Source: an uncultured Pseudomonadota bacterium
Lineage (GTDB): Bacteria; Babelota; Babeliae; Babelales; CAIQNR01
Length of the DNA stretch: 64,000 nucleotides
Direction of reading: 5' to 3'
NCBI GenBank assembly: GCA_964570505.1
Contig: CAZMYL010000001.1
Span: 48,093 to 112,092 of the forward strand
Program-made: the position numbers and the translations under genes
Shown: piece after piece, positions 58,352 to 64,000 of the stretch
Position numbering within the stretch: position 1 is the stretch's first letter
How the letters are laid out: each line of letters opens with the position of its first letter
Notes under the pieces: generated by a model
What the model was told of the DNA's origin: nothing
Seen by the model: only the letters and a program-made list of their open reading frames with translations
The model's database searches: none

Positions 58352-58642
58352 ATGGATATTCAAAATAAAAAGAAACGTTTGTTTGTAGGGGAAGTTCTTT
58401 CTGATAAAATGAACAAGACTGTTGTGGTTTCTGTAGAAAGAGTTTATAGACATCCTGTGTTTGGAAAAGTTCTTAAAGAAAAAAAGACTTATAAAGTTCA
58501 TGATCCTAAGCAAGAGGCTTCTGTTGGGGATATTGTTGAGTTTTATGAAGGACGCCCTGTTTCAAAAACAAAATATATGTATCTTACTCGTGTTGTAAAA
58601 AACGCAATAGTTGCAGCAAATGATATGAGTTCTAAGGAGTAA
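58352..58642 (+). CDS. rpsQ: 30S ribosomal protein S17
   Basis: [28 protein letters not shown]...[15 protein letters not shown]. The alternative TTG start lies one codon upstream at 58349. Confidence 0.96.
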   Translation: MDIQNKKKRLFVGEVLSDKMNKTVVVSVERVYRHPVFGKVLKEKKTYKVHDPKQEASVGDIVEFYEGRPVSKTKYMYLTRVVKNAIVAANDMSSKE

Positions 58643-58644
58643 TT

Positions 58645-59022
58645 ATGATACAAAAACAATCTTATCTTCAGGTAGCAGATAATTCTGGTGCTAAAGAAAT
58701 GCAATGTATAAGCATTGTTGGTAGTACTAGAAAGCGTTATGCATATTTGGGTGATGTTATTAAATGTGCAGTTAAAAAAGCTACTCCTGGTGGAACTGTT
58801 AAAAAAAGTGATGTTGTTACAGCTGTTATTGTAAGAACAAAAAAAGAATTTCGTCGTGAAGATGGAACGTATATTAGATTCGGTGAAAATGCTGCGGTAA
58901 TCATCAAAGATGGTGAGCCTGTGGCAACTCGTATATTTGGACCTATTGCTCGTGAGTTGCGTGCGCGAAAAGGTTTTGTTGGGTATCCGAAGATAATTTC
59001 TTTGGCTCCGGAAGTTTTATAG
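58645..59022 (+). CDS. rplN: 50S ribosomal protein L14
   Basis: [18 protein letters not shown], and SLAPEVL at the end. Confidence 0.97.
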   Translation: MIQKQSYLQVADNSGAKEMQCISIVGSTRKRYAYLGDVIKCAVKKATPGGTVKKSDVVTAVIVRTKKEFRREDGTYIRFGENAAVIIKDGEPVATRIFGPIARELRARKGFVGYPKIISLAPEVL

Positions 59023-59043
59023 ACATAAGGATAGAAGATTATT

Positions 59044-59355
59044 ATGATGCGCATAAAAAAGCACGACAAGGTTGTCGTTATTTCCGGTAAAGATAAAGGA
59101 AAAGAAGGAGAAGTCATAGCTCTGTTGCTTAAAAAAGAAAAAGTTAAGGTTCAGGGTGTTGGCATTGTTACTAAGCACGTAAAAGCTCGTCAAAAAGGTG
59201 AAGTTTCTGCGATAAAAAAAGAAGAAACTTTTATATATCTTGATAAAGTTATGCCTATTTGCCCTTCGTGTAAAAAAGCTTCGCGTGTTGGAAGTAAGCA
59301 GTTAGAAGATGGAACACGTGTTAGAATTTGTGGTCGTTGTAAAGAAGTTATGTAA
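59044..59355 (+). CDS. rplX: 50S ribosomal protein L24 (with a C-terminal CxxC...CxxC)
   Basis: KOW start IKKHDKVVVISGKDKGKEGEV. The C-terminus is ICPSCKKASRV...RICGRCKE. Confidence 0.96.
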   Translation: MMRIKKHDKVVVISGKDKGKEGEVIALLLKKEKVKVQGVGIVTKHVKARQKGEVSAIKKEETFIYLDKVMPICPSCKKASRVGSKQLEDGTRVRICGRCKEVM

Positions 59356-59375
59356 GGTAGACAGGGGTAATAAAA

Positions 59376-59936
59376 ATGGCAAAAGCTCGCTTAAATGAAC
59401 TGTATACCGAAACCTTGCGTTCGGATCTTCAAAAAACGTTAGGATTATCTAATGTTATGGAAGTTCCTCATATTACTAAGATAGTAGTAAATGTAGGGGT
59501 TAAAGAGGCTGTTACTGATAGTAGAATACTTCAGCATGTATCAAAAGTTGTTGCTGCTATTACAGGCCAATTACCAGTGCAAACATATGCTAAAAAATCT
59601 ATTGCGGGTTTTAAAATTCGTGAAGGTATGCCACTGGGAGTTATGGTTACATTGCGTAAAAAAAGAATGTATGAATTTCTTGATCGTTTAATCAATATTG
59701 CATTGCCAAACGTTCGTGATTTTCGTGGTGTTTCTTCAAAACTTGATCGTCGAGGTAATTATAATCTCGGAATCAAAGAGTGGACAGTGTTTCCTGAGGC
59801 AGGATCTGAAGTAGGAAATAAAGTATATGGATTGAATATTACTATTTGTACAAGTACAGATAGTGATCAACATGCAAGTACTTTACTTAAGTCTTTCAAT
59901 ATGCCCTTTCGGTCAAATGTTAAAGAAAAAAAATAA
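59376..59936 (+). CDS. rplE: 50S ribosomal protein L5
   Basis: VPHITKIVVNVGV, NIALPNVRDFRGVS, and NYNLGIKEWTVFPE. Confidence 0.97.
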   Translation: MAKARLNELYTETLRSDLQKTLGLSNVMEVPHITKIVVNVGVKEAVTDSRILQHVSKVVAAITGQLPVQTYAKKSIAGFKIREGMPLGVMVTLRKKRMYEFLDRLINIALPNVRDFRGVSSKLDRRGNYNLGIKEWTVFPEAGSEVGNKVYGLNITICTSTDSDQHASTLLKSFNMPFRSNVKEKK

Positions 59937-59949
59937 TTTAGGTTGATGT

Positions 59950-60255
59950 ATGGCAAAAAAATCTTCAATAGTAAAAAATGAGCGTCGTCAGCAATTGGTT
60001 CTCAAATACAAAGAAAAGCGAGAACAACTTAAAGCGATAGTAAAAAATGCATCTCTTCCTTTGCAAGAACGATTAGAAGCGCAGGCTAAATTATCTGCTC
60101 TTCCAAAAAATTCTAGTCCGGTTAGAGTTAGAAATCGATGTGCTTTGACAGGTCGATCTCGTGGGTATATGGGAATGTTTAAGCTTTCACGTATTAAGTT
60201 TCGTGAATTAGCTTTGGATGGTGTTTTGCCTGGGGTTAAAAAAACAAGTTGGTAA
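59950..60255 (+). CDS. rpsN: 30S ribosomal protein S14 (long, non-zinc form)
   Basis: [43 protein letters not shown], final W. 101 aa, with no CxxC pairs. Confidence 0.96.
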   Translation: MAKKSSIVKNERRQQLVLKYKEKREQLKAIVKNASLPLQERLEAQAKLSALPKNSSPVRVRNRCALTGRSRGYMGMFKLSRIKFRELALDGVLPGVKKTSW

Positions 60256-60281
60256 GCAACTGTGTATAAGGAACAATAAGT

Positions 60282-60680
60282 ATGTCGATTGATTCTATTG
60301 GTAATTTTTTGACCATTATAAGAAATGGTATTAGAGCTTCTAAGCCATTTGTAGTAACTCCTCATTCAAAAATGAATGTTGAGTTGGTTCGTATTTTGAA
60401 AGAAGAAGGTTTTGTTAAAAACTTTGAAATAGATTCTACTGATTTAATTAAAAAAATAAAAGTTGTTCTTAAGTACGTTCAAGGTGAATCTGTAATTCAT
60501 CAAATTGTTCGTGTAAGTACACCTGGTAGAAGAGTTTATGCAAAAGTAAAAAATGTTAAACCAGTGGTTGGTGGTTTTGGTATTTCAATTCTTTCTACAA
60601 ATCGTGGTTTAATGACAGATAAACAAGCTAAAGAGCCTCAATTGGGTCTTGGTGGCGAGGTTATCTGCAAGGTTTGGTAG
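60282..60680 (+). CDS. rpsH: 30S ribosomal protein S8
   Basis: DSIGNFLTIIRNG, and ILSTNRGLMTDKQAKE..GGEVICKVW. Confidence 0.97.
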   Translation: MSIDSIGNFLTIIRNGIRASKPFVVTPHSKMNVELVRILKEEGFVKNFEIDSTDLIKKIKVVLKYVQGESVIHQIVRVSTPGRRVYAKVKNVKPVVGGFGISILSTNRGLMTDKQAKEPQLGLGGEVICKVW

Positions 60681-60690
60681 GGGAGATATT

Positions 60691-61230
60691 ATGTCAAAAA
60701 TTGGAAGAAAACCGATTAAGCTTAATGCTGTTAAGGTTGAAGTTAAAGGACAAGAAGTTCATTATAAAGGGCAGTTTGCTTCAGGTGTTCATGTCATACC
60801 TGCTGAACTTGGTGCTGTTGTAACAGACGAAACAATAGCATTAGTTGTTGCTCAATCTAATAGAGATACTAACCGTTTATGGGGTCTTCATAGGGCTTTG
60901 TTAGCGTCAAAAATTGATGGTGCATTTAAGCCATTTGAAAAACAAGTTAAGATTACAGGTTTAGGTTTTAAAGCTGTACTTCAAGGGCAAAAAGTAGAAT
61001 TTTCTTTAGGTTATAGTCATAAAATATATTTTGATTTGCCTGAAGGTGTAACAGTTGATACAGACAGGACTGGACAGTTGTTAACCGTTAAGTCTTCTAA
61101 TAAAGAATTAATGGGTGAAGTTTGTGGAAAATTTAGACGATTAAGACCAACAGAGCCTTATAAAGGAACAGGTATTCTTGTTGCTGGCGATCTTTTTATT
61201 AAGAAAGCTGGTAAAGGAAAAGGTAAATAA
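60691..61230 (+). CDS. rplF: 50S ribosomal protein L6
   Basis: MSKIGRKPI start with GGGAGA RBS. The track start at 60649 overlaps rpsH. EPYKGTGI near the C-terminus. Confidence 0.96.
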   Translation: MSKIGRKPIKLNAVKVEVKGQEVHYKGQFASGVHVIPAELGAVVTDETIALVVAQSNRDTNRLWGLHRALLASKIDGAFKPFEKQVKITGLGFKAVLQGQKVEFSLGYSHKIYFDLPEGVTVDTDRTGQLLTVKSSNKELMGEVCGKFRRLRPTEPYKGTGILVAGDLFIKKAGKGKGK

Positions 61231-61268
61231 TTAATCGTTTAGTTATGTGGTAAGTTAGAGGAAAAAAC

Positions 61269-61625
61269 GTGTCAGTTCAACGTAAAATTGAAAAACAAAA
61301 AATAAGAAGAGCTCTTTCTGTACGTGCTAAATTACGTAAAAATAGTTCTCTTCCAAGAGTTTCTGTTTTTAGAAGTTTAAATCAAATTTACGCACAAGTT
61401 ATAGATGATTCACAGCATAAAACAGTTGCGAGTGCATCTTCTTTGCTTATGAAAAATTTTGAAGGTTCAAAAACAGATGCAGCACATGCTGTGGGTATGG
61501 AGCTGGCGAAATTAGCTTTAGAAAAAGGTATTACGCGAGCAGCATTTGATAGAGGTAGATTCTTGTATCACGGACGAGTGAAAGCTTTGGCAGAAGGTCT
61601 TCGTGAAGGTGGCTTGCAAATTTAG
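61269..61625 (+). CDS. rplR: 50S ribosomal protein L18
   Basis: GTG start. PRVSVFRSLNQIYAQVIDD, and FDRGRFLYHGRVKALAEGLREGGL. Confidence 0.96.
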   Translation: MSVQRKIEKQKIRRALSVRAKLRKNSSLPRVSVFRSLNQIYAQVIDDSQHKTVASASSLLMKNFEGSKTDAAHAVGMELAKLALEKGITRAAFDRGRFLYHGRVKALAEGLREGGLQI

Positions 61626-61640
61626 TGTAATAGGTCAAAA

Positions 61641-62189
61641 ATGAAAAACGTAACCGAATTCAATAAAGAAGAACTTTCAAAAGATCAAACATCCAGTTGG
61701 GTGGATTGTGTGATTAATGTTCGAAGAGTGACTAAAGTAACTAAAGGTGGTAAAAGATTTTCTTTTTCTGCATTAGTTGTTTCTGGTGATCAAAAAGGGC
61801 GTGTTGGTCTTGCTCAAGGTAAGAGTCGTGAGGTTTCTGCTGCAATTGCCAAGGCAACAAATAGGGCGCGTAAGAATTTTGTAGAAATTCCATTAAGAGG
61901 TTCAACTATTCCTTATAATGTCAATGGTAAACATGGGGCTAGTAAAGTTATTATGTGTTCAGCTTCAAAAGGTACAGGTCTTATTGCGGGTGGAGCTGTT
62001 CGTTTGATTATGGAAGCGCTTGGTGTTAAAGATATTTTAACTAAGTCTTTGGGTTCATCAAATCGTAATAACACTGTTAAAGCTGCTCTTAATGCTTTGT
62101 CGCAACTAAGATCAGCTCAAACAATTGAAAAACTACGTGGTAAAACTATTGATCAAATCATGAAAGGTAGCCATGAACGTTCTAAGTAG
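61641..62189 (+). CDS. rpsE: 30S ribosomal protein S5
   Basis: VINVRRVTKVTKGGKRFSFSALVVSGDQKGRVGLAQGKSREV. Confidence 0.97.
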   Translation: MKNVTEFNKEELSKDQTSSWVDCVINVRRVTKVTKGGKRFSFSALVVSGDQKGRVGLAQGKSREVSAAIAKATNRARKNFVEIPLRGSTIPYNVNGKHGASKVIMCSASKGTGLIAGGAVRLIMEALGVKDILTKSLGSSNRNNTVKAALNALSQLRSAQTIEKLRGKTIDQIMKGSHERSK

Positions 62190-62622
62190 TAGAGTTGAAA
62201 TTGTAGAAAAGCGTAAGCGTGTTGGTCGCGGTGGAAGCCGTGGAGGAACTTCTGGTAAGGGAAATAAAGGGCAAAAAGCTCGTTCTGGTGCTGGAAGAAA
62301 AATATCTGCAGGATTTGAGGGCGGACAAATGCCTTTGCATCGTAGATTGCCAAAGCGTGGTTTTAATAATGCTCGTTTTTCGACTGCTGTAGAAATTATT
62401 AATTTAGAGCAATTAGAGAGATTTTTTGCTGAAGGAGACTCTGTTAACAGAATGTCTTTGATAGAAAAAGGGTTGCTTACTAGACATAGTGGTCCAGTAA
62501 AGTTATTAGGTAAAGGCGAGCTTTCAAAAAAGCTTATAATTACAGTAGATGCATGTAGTCAGTCAGCTTTGGAAGTTGTCAAAGGCCGTGGTGGTGAGGT
62601 TCATTTTATAAAAGAGGCGTGA
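62173..62622 (+). CDS. rplO: 50S ribosomal protein L15
   Basis: KRKRVGRGGSRGGTSGKGNKGQKARSG. Overlaps the rpsE end by 17 nt. There is no rpmD (L30) between rpsE and rplO. Confidence 0.96.
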   Translation: MNVLSSRVEIVEKRKRVGRGGSRGGTSGKGNKGQKARSGAGRKISAGFEGGQMPLHRRLPKRGFNNARFSTAVEIINLEQLERFFAEGDSVNRMSLIEKGLLTRHSGPVKLLGKGELSKKLIITVDACSQSALEVVKGRGGEVHFIKEA

Positions 62623-62629
62623 GAAGAAA

Positions 62630-63946
62630 GTGATTAACTTACGAAACTTCAAGAACATTTTTTCTGTTCCTGAATTAAGAAGAAAAATAGCATTTACGCT
62701 TGGTGTGTTGATTGTTTATAGAGTTGGTTCGTATATACCAGTTATTGGTGTTGACGTAAATAAACTTCATGATTTTATGCAACAATCAACTAAATTAAGT
62801 GGTTTGCTTTCTTATTTAGACGTTTTTTCAGGTGGTGCACTTGCACAATGTACTTTATTTGCATTAAGCGTAGGTCCGTATATTACGGCATCTATTTTTA
62901 TGCAAATAATGGGACATACTATTCCTGAATTAGAACAGCTTCTTAAAGAGGGTGATTATGGAAGGCGATTAATAAATCAATATACTCGTTATTTAGCGCT
63001 GGGATTGAGTATTTTTTATGCTTCAACTTATGCAGCTCTTTTAGAGTCTAATGGTTTAGTTATTGAATCAGGATGGATGTTCCGTTTCGTATTTGTTCTT
63101 TCATTATCTGTTGGCTGTATGGCAGTTATTTGGCTTGGCGAACAAATTCAATTATTTGGTATTGGTGGTGGAAGTTCTATGATCATTTTTGCGGGTATTG
63201 TTGGAAGACTTCCTGATAATGTAATTAGAACTATTCATGCAGTTCAAACATCAAGATTAGATGCTGTTGTTGCTGTTTTAATTTGGTTATTTTTGGTAGC
63301 AATAATTGCATGTATTATTTTGCTTGAGCGTGGTGATCGTAAAATACCAGTTCAATATGCACGCCGTGTTATTGGAAATAGGGTATATGGGGGGCAAAAC
63401 ACCTATATACCATTTAAAATTAATAATGCAGGTGTTTTGCCAGCTATTTTTACATCATCATTTTTAGGCATAATTGTTGGTTTAATAACTTTTTTATCAA
63501 AATGGTTTAAATCATTAAATTATCTTGTTGATAAACTTGTTTGGACTGGTGCTTTGTATAATATTTTGCAATTAATTTTAATTGTTGGATTTTATTTTTT
63601 ATATACAAGTTTTTCTTTTGATCCTGTTGAAATAGCGGATAATATCAAAAAAAGTGGTGGATTTGTTCCAGGCTTAAGACCTGGCAGAAAAACAGCTGAG
63701 TTTTTTGATCATGTTTTAACAAGATTAGGGTTAGTAGGGGCTATTTATTTAGGGATATTAGCTGTTTTACCAAATATTATGTCAGCTTCATTAGCAATGC
63801 CTTTTATGATTAGTGGAACGTCCTTGCTTATTATGGTTGGTGTTGCCCTTGATACTTCTGCTCAAGTAGAATCTTATTTGATTGAGCATAATTATGAGGG
63901 TTTTTTGTCTGTAGGTAAATTGAAAAAACGGGGATCATCGAGTTGA
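62630..63946 (+). CDS. secY: Preprotein translocase subunit SecY
   Basis: GTG start. 10-TM protein with PELRRKIAFTLGVLIVYRVGSYIPVIGV, ALSVGPYITASIFMQI and GGSSMIIFAGIV. Confidence 0.97.
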   Translation: MINLRNFKNIFSVPELRRKIAFTLGVLIVYRVGSYIPVIGVDVNKLHDFMQQSTKLSGLLSYLDVFSGGALAQCTLFALSVGPYITASIFMQIMGHTIPELEQLLKEGDYGRRLINQYTRYLALGLSIFYASTYAALLESNGLVIESGWMFRFVFVLSLSVGCMAVIWLGEQIQLFGIGGGSSMIIFAGIVGRLPDNVIRTIHAVQTSRLDAVVAVLIWLFLVAIIACIILLERGDRKIPVQYARRVIGNRVYGGQNTYIPFKINNAGVLPAIFTSSFLGIIVGLITFLSKWFKSLNYLVDKLVWTGALYNILQLILIVGFYFLYTSFSFDPVEIADNIKKSGGFVPGLRPGRKTAEFFDHVLTRLGLVGAIYLGILAVLPNIMSASLAMPFMISGTSLLIMVGVALDTSAQVESYLIEHNYEGFLSVGKLKKRGSSS

Positions 63947-64000
63947 GCAGCATTAGACAAATAGTTATATTTTTAGGAGCTCCTGGTTCTGGGAAAGGTA
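63943..64000 (+). CDS. adk: Adenylate kinase (5' fragment, runs off the window)
   Basis: A TTG overlapping the secY stop. The translation LSSIRQIVIFLGAPGSGKG gives the Adk P-loop in the conserved post-secY position. Confidence 0.8.
   Translation, partial: MSSIRQIVIFLGAPGSGKG

Overview
AT-rich, tightly packed bacterial chromosomal window using the standard genetic code, with about 80 genes. I saw no rRNA, CRISPR array, transposase, integrase or phage genes. The backbone is core information processing. It comprises tRNA-Tyr/Gly/Thr/Thr - rpmG - tRNA-Trp - secE-nusG-rplKAJL-rpoBC - tRNA-Val (7.8-20.1 kb), rpsO-pnp-rph (20.1-23.2 kb), rpsP-trmD-rplS (35.5-37.7 kb) and rplM (47.0 kb). It ends in an uninterrupted str-S10-spc block, rpsL-rpsG-fusA-tuf-rpsJ...rplO-secY-adk (49.3-64.0 kb), which runs off the window. 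Interspersed are envelope genes (glmU, glmM, murC, yidC, rseP), repair genes (sbcD, class II photolyase, UvrD/PcrA-type helicase, recR), trpS, hflX, a DEAD-box helicase and an M24 peptidase. Two islets that look more AT-rich by eye (31.4-34.2 kb and 37.7-40.5 kb) hold only signal-peptide ORFans. That content, together with the streamlined operons, fits a host-associated, reduced-genome diderm, but the taxon cannot be fixed from this window. The best candidates for something undescribed are four. (1) A five-gene co-oriented operon of small secreted ORFans with alternating extreme charge (38.3-40.4 kb). (2) A cdaA-cdaR-glmM-type operon in which the diadenylate cyclase homologue seems to have lost both catalytic motifs. 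(3) TrmD fused in-frame to a second, TM1570-like SPOUT methyltransferase domain. (4) A Cys-rich, zinc-ribbon-like insertion near the N-terminus of RpoB. All functional calls rest on by-eye motif recognition, since no searches could be run.
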